NCBI GenBank assembly: GCA_963795855.1
Contig: CAWCIZ010000006.1
Location: forward strand, 90,877 to 154,876
DNA length: 64,000 nucleotides
Source: Vulcanimicrobiota bacterium
Lineage (GTDB): Bacteria > Vulcanimicrobiota > Vulcanimicrobiia > Vulcanimicrobiales > Vulcanimicrobiaceae
Reading direction: 5' to 3'
Positions 38,658 to 49,403 of this stretch are shown here, piece by piece. The notes under the pieces were generated by a model. The model was not told where the DNA came from. It searched no databases and worked only from the letters and a program-made list of their open reading frames with translations. The position numbers were made by a program, and so were the translations under genes. Each line of letters begins with the position of its first letter. Position 1 is the stretch's first letter.

Positions 38658-41600
38658 TCAGTTCGAAATGAACGTGTACGTCACGGTCGAGATGCTCGGA
38701 GCAGTATTGCCTCCGCCCGGAATGACGACCTGATAGTCGTTGGAAAACTCGAACGGTTTGCGCGTGGCCGCAGTGCCCGGAGTGGTTCCGATCACCAGTC
38801 CGTTCTGCGGCGTCGTCGTTACGGGAATCGCGGTATACGACGTCGTGCCGTACGACGTCCCGGCGACGGGCTGATAGCTGATGCAGCTGTTACCCGTCGG
38901 GCAGCCGCTGCCGGACGTCGCATCGACTTGCGTTTGCAGGTACTGTGCGGCCGTCGGATTGCCGGGGTTTTGCTGCGTTACATACACCGTCCATCCCACC
39001 GGATTCGATGCGTCCGTGTAGACGTCCAAAAGCGCGAGATCCGTTCCGGACGCACTGGCGCCTGCCGCAATGTTCGGGAATTGGATCGTATTCGTCGCTT
39101 GCGTCAGCGTACATAACGGACAGACGTAAGCGAACGCATAGCCATTGGCGTTTACCGATGGCGCGACGGTAACCACGAGCGAAGCGCCGAGAACGATTTG
39201 AATCGTTTGATCGCCCGTCCACGTCTCCGCGGCGTTCGTGCCGCCGCAGGTTCCGCCGGCATTGAACGTGCCGTTGATGCATGTCGGGAATTTGTACGAG
39301 TCGTTGACCTTGTACGGCCCCTTCATCGACCACTCGACGTTGATGTAACCACCCGGCGTTATCGTGCACACGCCGCCGCTGTTCCCAATCGTAATGCTGC
39401 CGTTTGCCGAGCCGGAGGTCGCGCTGGAAAATGCCGTTACGGCGCAATGCGTGTAACCCGCTCTGCCCACGATCGCCGGCGTTTCGCCGCTCGTGGTGAG
39501 ATACCAAATGCATCCGTTGGTCGGGCAAGTGCCGTCGTTTCCGTCGGCCGCGCTCGTGTCTTGCCACGGAATCAGGATCTGCGCGGAGGTGACGTTGTTT
39601 GCGCCGCCGCTCGTGTTCTTGATCGTGTAGATGTAGCTGATTGCCGTACGTGCTGTTGGAATCGCTCGAGAATCTGCGGCGTGGTATTCGTGGAAACCGC
39701 GGGCGGAGCCGAATACAGGCCGGCGTTCGCGAATCCGGCAGTCGCGGCCAGCGACGTGACTGTGAGGTTGAACGGAATACCTTTCGACCAGCCGTTGCCG
39801 TTCGAGCCGTGACCGTAGGCCGTCGCCGTCACCGTCGTCGCTCCCGCCGGCGCCGTAAAGTTTGCGCTCGTGGAGAAATTCAGGCCTGGAGCAATGGCGT
39901 TGTCTTCTTGCGCAAGGCTGCATCCGCCGCCGCTCGTCACGGCAGGCAGCGAGGTTCCCGCGCTATTTCCGTTCTGCGGTCCGTAGGCAAGTTTGACGTA
40001 CGTCGCCGCATTCCACGTGCAAGCGCTGAACCAATAGTCGATCGTGCTGCCGCCGCCGACGCCGGGGCTCACGTACCCGAGATACGTCCACCCGCTGTTC
40101 AGACCGCTGAAAGCGGGCGACGTGCCGAAATACGTCGAGTTCGGTAATTCGAACATCACCGCGTCGAGATCGTCCGGAAGCGTTTCCTGCGTCGTCGACG
40201 TGTTCGTCAGCTGGCATCAGCACCGAGGTCGTGGTGCTCGTGCCGACGGAAGTCGGGCTGAACAGCGCCGACATGTACGAAGAGTTCAGCGAAAACGCGC
40301 CGACTGCAAGCGAATCCAGAGCGGTTTGGCCCGGCGGGCTCGTCGTGTTCGCGACGATGTTCTGCGAGCAGCACGCGTCCGCGGTCATGGTGTAGTTGGC
40401 GGGCAGTACACGCCCGCAGTTACATCCGTGAAATTGAACGATCCGGACGGCAGATCTTGAATGTCGACGTACAGAACCTTGCTCGTGCCGACCGCGATTG
40501 CGGTTGCCAGACTCATGCAGATTGTCGCCGCGGTAGGGCAAGACGCAGAGTTGTCGATCGTCCACGTAACCGGAGAGCTGCCCTGGAACTTCGTCAGCGT
40601 GTTCGCGTCTTGGCTGAACAGGTTCTGCATGATCGCCTTCGAGCCGTAAGCCGAAGGGAACGTCAGGTAGACTTTGCTGATTGCTGCGGAACCGCTGTTC
40701 GTTACACGCAGCGCATACATGTCCGCCTTTCCGCTTGCCGGCGCCCAACGGTTCCGTCGCATCGTAGATGGCGTTTGAAAAGTTCTGCGCCCACCCTTGC
40801 TGCTCCGAATTGACTGCGCGCGCGTTGTAGCCGGTCGTGCAGTTGGCGGGACCCGTCGTACAGCCGGTCGCCATGCCGACGTGGATCATCGTCGCCGTTG
40901 CGGAGTAGCGTCGCGCCGTTCGAGACGTAATATACGTGTTGTTCACGGCGGGCGACGACGACGCCCGCGCGAAATGACCGGAGTTGTTCGAGAGACAGCG
41001 CCCAGGCAAGGCCGTCTTGCGGCAGAATTGCCGAGGCCTCGGTGCAAGCCGTCGTTGCAGGGCGCCCGCTCATGTTGAACGTGAGATTCGTCAGCGTGAC
41101 GGTTGCATTTTCGCCGAGGGAATTTCCGTGCGGTCTTCGGCGTGAGCGTTATACGTCCGTTCCAGTCCACCTCGTTCCGACGCCGCAGCCGAGATTGTTT
41201 GCCCGGTTCCGACGTGCTGACCGTCCACACGTTCCGGCGTTGTCGGTGACGGTCGCCGGAATGACCGGTGATGTGACGCCGTTGACCGTGCAGTAAAACA
41301 GCCCCGTCAGAGTTATCGCCGTTGCCGTCGCCGTAATACGCGTCGCCGTCGTTGTCGAATTGCAAACCGGCGGTCGTGGATGCCGTTGTTCGGGATGACC
41401 AGTGAAAGCCGGTACGGCGTATCCGCTAGCCGTCGTGAATTGCGTAATCGCGTTGTAGCCGACCATTTGATACGACATCGCGCCTACGTCCGTGCACGGC
41501 GATAAGTTGCCGGCCGGCGTTGAAGGCGATCCGAGCGTGTGTCGCACACAGCGATCGTCCAGGCGTCCGGAGCAAAATACAGCGGCGATTCCTGGTCGAT

Positions 41601-43170
41601 GTTCGCGTGGCCGATCGGAATACGAGCCGCTGCCGGGAACGGCATCGCAGATATATTTTTCGTGGTAGATGGTCTGATCGTTGTAGACGCGGCTGTCGGG
41701 ATCGGTGATGCTGAAACAGTACGTGTCGCCGTCCGTCAGGCCGGAGACCGTTTCGAAATAGCCGGAATCGGAATTCTCGGTTTCGTTGTCGAAAGCAAAC
41801 CGCGTCGTGCCGGCCGAACCGCCGCTGGCGAAAGTACGGATAAAAGTTGATACCGGGCAAAGGCGTGAGCGATATAGCGGTGCTCGATGCCTTGTAGAGC
41901 GCGACGCGCGTTTGTGAAATGCGCTTGCCTTGCGTCTGATCGTACGCCACCAGTGAATACGACCCGGCCGTCAGCGACGTCCATAGCGTGCCTGCTCCGA
42001 ACGTCCACTGCATGTACAGCGGGCCGTTGCTGAGCGCTTGAACGCCGGTGGAACTATTGGGATTACATTCGCCGCTATTCGCTGCGCCCGGACCCACGCC
42101 CGGAATGACGCCTTCGCAGAACGTATTTCCCGCAGAGTTTTCCATGTAAATGACGTAGACGTCTTGATAGCGCGCATTGTCGATAGTGATGTACGCGGTG
42201 TCCGTTCCAGCCGACGGGATGAGGAACTGCGAATCGGATTTCGCCGCATCGAATCTGAAAAGGTCAGTAACCCGCCGTTCGTCGCGCCGGGATTGACGAC
42301 CGAGACGTACACTTCGTTGACCCACATGTTCGTGGTCGTGTCAAGGGTCGCCAGCACGACCGTCCCGGTGTTGTTGAGCGTCACGTTTTCGCCGGGCCCA
42401 TACGGACACGCCGCGGCGGCCCAGCCATTCGCAGTACAGTGAAGTCTCGTGCCGCTCTGCGGATCGGTTTGCTGCGTCGCGAGATAACTGTTGCCGTTCG
42501 TGCAGGAGCCGGACGTGCTCGTATACTTGCCGGTCGAAGGCTTGTACTTGCATCCGGCGGTTTGCGCGGTCGTCGTCGTCGCATCGATATAGTAGTCTTG
42601 AAATTGGTCCGTCGTCGGATTGAGATGTAGTTGAGGTTCGACTGATTGCAGTTTTCCGGATTGCTGGGGCTGTTGGAAGTTACAGCACGAAAAGAAGAAA
42701 TCGACGCTGCATCCGTTGTTGAAGATGTCGCCTACCGTCGTCGCGCAATTCCCCAGCGAGTTGCCTTCGAAGAACATCATCGAGTTCATGTCGTCGGACA
42801 TCGGACGCCGTCCGCCGTTGTACGTGTTGCGCGAGTTCTGAGCGGGCAATTTCGGCAACATCGACAACGGAATTTTCGGCCCCAGCGCAGAGGGCAGGGC
42901 CGGCGCTTGCAGCAATGCGCTCAGCGGCGCCGGCGTCGCAAGACGAAGCGGCGGCAATATGCGGCGAAGTCCCGCCGGCGTCGGGGTCGCTTTCGGCGCA
43001 AGCGTCGGGGCGAGCAACGGCGTAGAAGATGGGCTCGCATGCGGCAAAACGATCGGATGCGGACGTACGGGAACGTCGATAGGACGCACCTGCGCGAGCG
43101 AAACGGTCATGGCGACGGCGCCCAGCAGCACCGTTGCGAGCAGCACGCGCAGACGAGCGACTCCGCGCAT
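38658..43170 (-). CDS. Giant (~1500 aa) secreted Cys/Thr/Gly-rich beta protein with C-terminal pilin-like domain; putative tip adhesin, multiply frameshifted
   Basis: ATG overlaps the upstream stop; signal peptide and Pro-rich stalk; coding-like segments jump between at least 8 ORF fragments; ends NDYQVVIP...STVTYTFISN. Confidence 0.65.
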
Positions 43171-43820
43171 CAGTAATAGATCGTGTACACGGCGTTCGTC
43201 GTGTACGCGCCTCCGGCGACTGTAGCCGGAATCGTGAGTGTCAGATCGACGCAGTACGTCTTCAGGCCGGTTCCCGTTGCAAATTTGTACCACGCGTTGT
43301 TGTTGTGCGGGTACACCACGAAGGGCGTAGACTTCGGTTGCGGCGTCGCGGCCTGCAGGTACGTATTGTTCTGCAGATCGGCGCCGGGAAACGCCGAAGC
43401 GAAATCACCGGAGAGACCGTCGTCGAGCTGCCATGTGTAGCCGGTCTTGTCGGCGGTAACGGTATACGCGCAGGGAACGGTTGCAGTCGTTCCCGCGGTT
43501 TGATTGATGATGACGTCGGCGACGTTATAGTAGAGAAGCGTCGCGTTCGGGTTCGGCGTCACGACGGCTTGCACGCGAACCGCCGATTGCGCCTGCGCCA
43601 CCAATTCGGAATCGGATCCGCGCTCGCGCATGGCCATGCGCAATGCGATCGGCCACCGCTTCGTCAAGCGCACGCCCAGCGGCGCCGGCGTAACGTTCAC
43701 CAAAATGCTTACCGAAATCTGGTCGCGCTGCTGCTGCAGCGTCGCCAGCGCCTGCGCGCCCACGGCGACCGCGAACGCGAGGCCCGCAACGGCGCCGAAA
43801 AGAAACCGCAAATGCTTCAT
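43170..43820 (-). CDS. Secreted pilin-like subunit
   Basis: Signal peptide AQA; Cys pair; C-terminus VDLTLTIPATVAGGAYTTNAVYTIYY. Confidence 0.7.
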   Translation of the reverse strand: MKHLRFLFGAVAGLAFAVAVGAQALATLQQQRDQISVSILVNVTPAPLGVRLTKRWPIALRMAMRERGSDSELVAQAQSAVRVQAVVTPNPNATLLYYNVADVIINQTAGTTATVPCAYTVTADKTGYTWQLDDGLSGDFASAFPGADLQNNTYLQAATPQPKSTPFVVYPHNNNAWYKFATGTGLKTYCVDLTLTIPATVAGGAYTTNAVYTIYY

Positions 43821-44497
43821 TGCGGTACGACCGTGTAAACGATCCACACGAAATACGAACTGCCCGAGATCGGGGCCACCGCCGGAACCTTCAACTGATA
43901 GTCTTGGTAGTAATCGTTCGACGGCGCGCTCGAAACGAACATCGGCGACGGATATGGCCCGTACGTGATCGTGGGTGCCGAACCGAAGATCGGAGGCGGC
44001 GGATTAACCGTTGCGGCGGTTTTTCCGAACTGATAGCCGGGAGTGAAACCGGTATTCGTGTCGCTCGTCGCGCCGGACGGCAAGTAATAGAGCGAACCGC
44101 TTATCGGAAACGAGTTGGCGCCGCCGTCGGAGAAGTCCGCGGAGCCTTCACCATAAACCTGAAAGCCGCTGTCGTCGTTAGTCAAAATGTGCAGATGCGC
44201 GGCATACTTGTACAAGTACTGTCCGTTTTGCTGGACCGTGCCGAAGTCGACGGCGCACCCGTGCAGGCACGCACCGGCACCGGGAGACGGCGCCGGCGGC
44301 GTCCCGAACGTGGCGGGAATCGGGCCGAAACCGGTGTTGTAGTTGGGCGTCAACGTGAATTTGAGAATCCCCGTGACGTACCACTGTACTTTAACCGGTC
44401 CGCCGGCCTGGGCAGGCGCGATCCACAGCAGCATGACTGCCGACACCAGCGCACAGAACCCGGTCCAGGTTCGCACTGCGCACACTCCTTTGTACAA
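43817..44497 (-). CDS. Secreted pilin-like subunit
   Basis: Signal peptide AQA; VKVQWYVT, VDFGTV, TNDDSGF; C-terminus QDYQLKVP...IVYTVVPQ. Confidence 0.72.
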   Translation of the reverse strand: MYKGVCAVRTWTGFCALVSAVMLLWIAPAQAGGPVKVQWYVTGILKFTLTPNYNTGFGPIPATFGTPPAPSPGAGACLHGCAVDFGTVQQNGQYLYKYAAHLHILTNDDSGFQVYGEGSADFSDGGANSFPISGSLYYLPSGATSDTNTGFTPGYQFGKTAATVNPPPPIFGSAPTITYGPYPSPMFVSSAPSNDYYQDYQLKVPAVAPISGSSYFVWIVYTVVPQ

Positions 44498-44509
44498 TCT
44501 CCGTTCACT

Positions 44510-45313
44510 CTAGTTTTTTTCGAACTGGATCTCGCCGCCGGTCATCGTCGGGCCGCCATAGTCGATAAGCGCAATAGCCTGATATTTTCCAGGGGGCAGC
44601 GGCTTGCCGGAAACTTCGATCAGCCGGTCCTGCGCGCGCTCCACGAGTTGATTTTGCGGCATCGGAATGCGCTCGACGACCTGGCCGCCTTTGCGTACCT
44701 CCACTGTGCCGCCAACGTATACGTGCGCGTTGCCGGTGTTTCTGAAGAGCACGCGGTATTGCTCGCCGCTCTTGTCGCCGGCCGCCGCCATCTTGGCGAT
44801 CGCGCCGCCGATCTTGACCGTTCCGGGAATCGTCACGTACACCGTCGTTGCGATGCGCACGGAAAATGCTACGCCGTGCTGCTCGCGCGTCGGCCGAGTC
44901 GCGAAGAATACGATTCCCGCGTACTCGCCGTTCAACGACTCTTTCGGAATGGCCAGCGAAACCTTGACTTGCTGAATCGTGCCGGGCGCCAGATCGAATT
45001 CTTTCGGATTGATCGAGGCCCAGCGCATCAGCGAGTACGGCTTGCTGCCGGCTTTGACGAACTGGTAATCTCCGGTACGGTTCAGTCCGAAGTCCACCAT
45101 CGACGCTAAAATGTGCGTCGGGGCGGTGCTGCCGTTCTGTACGGTTACGGGGATGTTATACGTGGCGCCGGGCGGCATCGAGAGTTCCAGCTTCGCCGGA
45201 GAGACATCGATGCCGAGCGTGGAGACGCCCGCCGACGTTTGCGCCGAGCCGGGCTCCAGTAAGAACATCGCAATAACGAGACTAAGAACTGCAGTTAAAC
45301 GGAACTGGTTCAT
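44510..45313 (-). CDS. Pilus chaperone-like protein (PapD/DUF916-like, two Ig domains)
   Basis: Signal peptide; IDVSPAKLEL, FDLAPG, GEYAGIVFF, FRNTGNAHV, LPPGKY. Confidence 0.78.
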   Translation of the reverse strand: MNQFRLTAVLSLVIAMFLLEPGSAQTSAGVSTLGIDVSPAKLELSMPPGATYNIPVTVQNGSTAPTHILASMVDFGLNRTGDYQFVKAGSKPYSLMRWASINPKEFDLAPGTIQQVKVSLAIPKESLNGEYAGIVFFATRPTREQHGVAFSVRIATTVYVTIPGTVKIGGAIAKMAAAGDKSGEQYRVLFRNTGNAHVYVGGTVEVRKGGQVVERIPMPQNQLVERAQDRLIEVSGKPLPPGKYQAIALIDYGGPTMTGGEIQFEKN

Positions 45314-45377
45314 ACCGGCCGATTCGCTGCGGGTACGCCCGCCCACCCGCAACATCATCGTCTCCTACCGTTTAGTT

Positions 45378-46124
45378 TTAGTTCGTCGTAACGGTGTAGG
45401 TGATCACCGCGTTGTCGCCGGCCGTCTTGTTCGCGTTTGCAGGTACCAGCACGCCGAGATCCGCACCGAAATAGGCCGGGTTCTGCGTGTTGTTGTTCGT
45501 CGCGAGCAACGTCGTGGACGCGCCGAACGCATTCGCGCCGGGAATGGCAACGCCGCTGTATTTCAGGCCACTGCAGGCACCGGTCGCATCCGACCAATTT
45601 GCCGCGGTCGTGTCCGCCGTGTCTACTGCCTTAGCCGCGGTAAGGTTCGCACTGGAGACAGTCGAGCCGCCCGCAACCGGAGAGTGTTGGAGATCGGAAC
45701 GTAGCAAATCGCGGCACCCGCCTGCGTCGGCGCGGTGGTCTGCTGAACGGCGAGCGTTACGCCTGAAGCGTCGTTGGTGTTGACGATCGCCTCAGCGCCG
45801 TTGTTCATCATGCAGATCGTCGCCTGGGCGGCGTCCGGCGTAATTTGTCCGAAGTCGAGCGTCAGCGCGTTCGTACCCGCGCCGGCACCTGCTGCGCCGC
45901 CGCCGGCGCACGATCCGGATCCGCCATTGAGGATCGGAATCAGCGAAGCCGCTGCGGGGTTGAGCGTGCCGCTCGTACCGGTGTTGGTGTAGTTACCTTG
46001 AAACGTCAACGATGCGATCGCGGTTACGTTCCACTTGATCGTCACCGTGTTGGCTGCTTGCGCCGGTAGCGCAGACATCAGCTGCGCAAAGGGCGATAAC
46101 CGCCGATGAGATGAGCTTTTTCAC
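45378..46124 (-). CDS. Secreted pilin-like subunit (candidate major pilin), frameshifted near 46080 and 45705
   Basis: GAAAGGA RBS and GTG AAA AAG signal peptide; VTIKWNVT, LDFGQI, TNDASGV; C-terminus ADLGVLVP...VITYTVTTN. Confidence 0.7.
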
Positions 46125-46178
46125 TTTCGGTCCTTTCACTGCGCAAATTCGTGCCGTCCCTGGCAAATGCGAAAAGCG

Positions 46179-49100
46179 TTACCTAAGCGTTATCGGCAGC
46201 TGCCCTTGCCGGGTTAGCAAGATGCCGTGCATGGGGCGTTCAGATATCTTTACAGTGAAAACGTACACGCGGCCGGTCAACCGATGCGAAAGTTTTGTTA
46301 CGGCACCGTCAACCCAGCGGATGGAATCGCCGGGATGAACGTCCAGCAGCAGGCGCGCCCGGACCGTTGCATACTGCCCGACGGACGCGTGCGACGGCGT
46401 CATCTTGAAGGAGACGAGCGGAATGGACGGATCGACGTTGAGGTCCGCGGCCGCAGTGGTGCTTTGACCGCCGGGTAAACCGTCGACCGTGACGCTCACG
46501 GTATTTCTACCCGAAGGTGCATCGTCCGGTACTGCGAGCGCAGCCACCCAGCGTTTGCGCTGCTCATCGTACGTCATGCGGAGCGTCTTGCCGAATGCGC
46601 TGAGCACCGCCGATGACGCGTGAGCGCCGGGATCGACTGCGACGTAGGTCACACCGCGCGGCGGCAGCGACGGTTCACTGAGCGACACCGATGCTTGCAC
46701 CGTCTGCGTGGTCTGCAGAGTGAAGACGACCTGTTTCTGCTTCTTCCCGAGCGTGAAATTTACGTCTTGCCGGTTTTCCGTTCCCGAGAAGTTCACCGTT
46801 ACGGGACCTGAGGTATCACCGGTTCCGTCCGGAATCGTTTCCGGATCGACGCTGAGCGTGTACGTTCCCGCAGGGAGATTGTCGAGCGTGTACGATCCGT
46901 CTTCGTTGGTGATCGCGGCGTAACCACCGGGCTCCGCCATGACGTACGCGTTGTACGCTCCGCCGCTGTAGTCGGGCGCCACATCCGCGCCATATTTCAC
47001 GAAACCGGAAATCGAACCGAGCGGGCTGGCCTTGAAGTCGACGGTCTGCGTTTCGCCGTCGTGCACGGTCACTTTTTGCGCTTCATCGGATTTCGCGAAT
47101 GCGACCATTGCCGGAAGCGAGGAGTTCACGACTTCGACCGTGTGCGTGCCGGGCGTCAAACGACCGAAGCTGTACGCGCCCAGAATATCGCTCGTTGCGT
47201 TCGTCGTGTCGTCCAGGCGCAGTGCCACGCCTTGCAGCGGCACGAGATCGCCCGATGCATCGCGGGAGTAGATGTGTCCCGCGATCGCGGCGTACGTTCC
47301 AACTTGGAAGTCGACTTCGCCCGCCTGTCCGCCTTGCACGGTTACGGACGCGTACGGTTGATCGACGGTCACGCCGCGCGGCAGTGACGACGCTTCGATG
47401 CGAACTTGGTGCTCGCCCGGCGAAACGAAATTGAATTGGTAATGACCAGCCAGATCGGTGCGCTGCACTTCGGTTCCGTCCAAAAGGACGACTGCGTTCG
47501 CAAGTCCGTTCGTCACGGATCCGACGCCCGACATGAATGCCGGCGAAAGCTGTTGCTGCTGAGCAGCCACGGTCGTAACCGTCCCGCTGATCGTCGCGGG
47601 CAAACGCGGATTGACGCGCCCTTGCACCAGACCGCTGCCGAATGCGAACGGCGCCTGCACCTGCACGCTGAATATGCGGCTGCTGCCGTTTCCGAGCGCA
47701 TTGAGCATATCACGCGTGCGCTGCTCGCCGTACGTGATGCCCAGCGTAGCCACCGAAGAAAGCCGGCGCGTCAGCGTCAGCGTCGGAGCGGTTTGCTCGA
47801 CGTCGTCCAAATCGGAAAGGTTGCGGTTTTTCGTGATTTGGATGCCCAGCGCCGTTGGTCCGAACGTGCGCGCTAGCGAAAACGCAGCCTGATCCTGCAG
47901 CGATGCGCTGCCCCCCGATTGACGCGCGGTCTGATAGGAAGCGCCCACGAAGAAATGTCCGAATTCGCGCTGCAGGACGCCGCTGTAGGTTGCGGTCAAA
48001 TGGGCCGCGGCTCCCGGCTGCGTCAGGCGTTCGAATTGCGCGCCAAGCAGCGTCGACACGCCGGCGAACGCGAATCCCACTTGTCCGCCGGCGGAGCCGG
48101 TCCAGCTCCCCTGTCCGTCTTCGGTCACGCGGTCGTCCTCGAGCGTCAACGCGGTTTGAATTCCGGAACGCGCAAAGAAATGCGTGAGCGTGAATGCGTC
48201 GCGGCGTTGACCGATTGCGCTCGTGCCCTGTCCGCCGACTTCGAACGTGCTGTCGGCCGACATCGCACTCGCACCGCCGTTGTAGCGAATCGACGTGTCG
48301 AGATAGTTGTCCGACTGCAGGGCGCCGCTGCCGAATGAGACGAAGCCCTCGCCGATCCGTCGCGCGCTGAACGTTCCGTACAACGCTCCGCCGCCATAGC
48401 TGGCGTTGTACTGATACGCATACGTCCGCTGCTGCGGCAGTACGGAGTCCCGAATCGTTTCGAACGCCGCTTCAAACGATTGGAACAGTTCGCCGCTGTC
48501 GCGCGCTGCGCCGGCGAGCGCTGCATCGACGTCGAGCCCGTCTTTCGAACGGCCGCGGTCGACTCCGAATTCCAGAAGCGCGCTGCCTCGCTGCATTCGC
48601 GTGCGTACGCCCGTGACGGTCAGCATGCGCTGCTCGGGACCGGTCGCCGGTCCCGTGAACAGCGTCGCGTCGCCGCCGGATACCGGGGTGACGAAGGCCC
48701 AGCCGCGCAACGTCTGCCCTAGCGGGGCGCCGCCGAGCAGCGAAAGCGGTTGCGCGCCGTACTCGATTCCGTACGTCGGACTGTAATATCCGGCTTGCAT
48801 CAGCCCGAGGCTGCTTTGCCGCAAATCCACGCCGATCGGGAGACCGAGTTGCAGCGTCGTGGTCGGCGTTCGGCGTTTTAGCGTTGCAAGCAGACCCGCG
48901 CTGTCGCTGGCTTGCGAGATCGACGCGTTGTCGGCAACGCCGCCGAAATTCGTGGTGCTGCTCTGCAGGCGTTGTCCCAAACTGAGCGACCCGGTCAGCG
49001 AGAACGTCATCGGGCCGCCGCGCAGCATGTGCGGCGGCCCCACCGGCGTCGGCGCCGCGGAGGGCGATGGGCTCGGTGTAGCGCTTGCGCTCGCCGTGGC

Positions 49101-49274
49101 CGCCGGCGTGCCTTGCGGCAGCGGGGTACCGTATCCGGGCACCGGCATGACCTGCGCGCGCACGCTCTGCGCAGGCACTCCGAACACGGCGCCCGCAAGC
49201 GCAGCCGCCGTAAATGCCAAAAAGACGGCCCGCAACGCAGTTCTGCGCCGGCGCTGCACGTGCGAGATAGCCAT
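46179..49274 (-). CDS. Large outer-membrane usher-like protein with three carboxypeptidase-regulatory/CnaB-like domains
   Basis: Signal peptide; long amphipathic beta-strand region; three ISG..V/TDxxGxYxFxxLxPGxHxV repeats; first gene of the pilin/chaperone operon. Confidence 0.7.
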   Translation of the reverse strand: MAISHVQRRRRTALRAVFLAFTAAALAGAVFGVPAQSVRAQVMPVPGYGTPLPQGTPAATASASATPSPSPSAAPTPVGPPHMLRGGPMTFSLTGSLSLGQRLQSSTTNFGGVADNASISQASDSAGLLATLKRRTPTTTLQLGLPIGVDLRQSSLGLMQAGYYSPTYGIEYGAQPLSLLGGAPLGQTLRGWAFVTPVSGGDATLFTGPATGPEQRMLTVTGVRTRMQRGSALLEFGVDRGRSKDGLDVDAALAGAARDSGELFQSFEAAFETIRDSVLPQQRTYAYQYNASYGGGALYGTFSARRIGEGFVSFGSGALQSDNYLDTSIRYNGGASAMSADSTFEVGGQGTSAIGQRRDAFTLTHFFARSGIQTALTLEDDRVTEDGQGSWTGSAGGQVGFAFAGVSTLLGAQFERLTQPGAAAHLTATYSGVLQREFGHFFVGASYQTARQSGGSASLQDQAAFSLARTFGPTALGIQITKNRNLSDLDDVEQTAPTLTLTRRLSSVATLGITYGEQRTRDMLNALGNGSSRIFSVQVQAPFAFGSGLVQGRVNPRLPATISGTVTTVAAQQQQLSPAFMSGVGSVTNGLANAVVLLDGTEVQRTDLAGHYQFNFVSPGEHQVRIEASSLPRGVTVDQPYASVTVQGGQAGEVDFQVGTYAAIAGHIYSRDASGDLVPLQGVALRLDDTTNATSDILGAYSFGRLTPGTHTVEVVNSSLPAMVAFAKSDEAQKVTVHDGETQTVDFKASPLGSISGFVKYGADVAPDYSGGAYNAYVMAEPGGYAAITNEDGSYTLDNLPAGTYTLSVDPETIPDGTGDTSGPVTVNFSGTENRQDVNFTLGKKQKQVVFTLQTTQTVQASVSLSEPSLPPRGVTYVAVDPGAHASSAVLSAFGKTLRMTYDEQRKRWVAALAVPDDAPSGRNTVSVTVDGLPGGQSTTAAADLNVDPSIPLVSFKMTPSHASVGQYATVRARLLLDVHPGDSIRWVDGAVTKLSHRLTGRVYVFTVKISERPMHGILLTRQGQLPITLR

Positions 49275-49335
49275 GTCGTCCTTACCGTGTTCGGAGCGCA
49301 GTCGGGCCCGCTTAACGAAAACGCCTACGTTTCAC

Positions 49336-49362
49336 GCAAATTTTTCCGCTGATGGCCGATAG
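49336..49362 (+). promoter_or_regulatory. Possible sigma-28 (FliA/SigD) promoter
   Basis: GCCGATAG at 49355 resembles GCCGATAA; weak -35 (CAAATTTT); upstream of GGAGG RBS and a flagellin-like gene. Confidence 0.45.
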
Positions 49363-49403
49363 GTGGATCACAGGGAAGTTTCACGGAGGAAGCCTTCTCT
49401 CTC

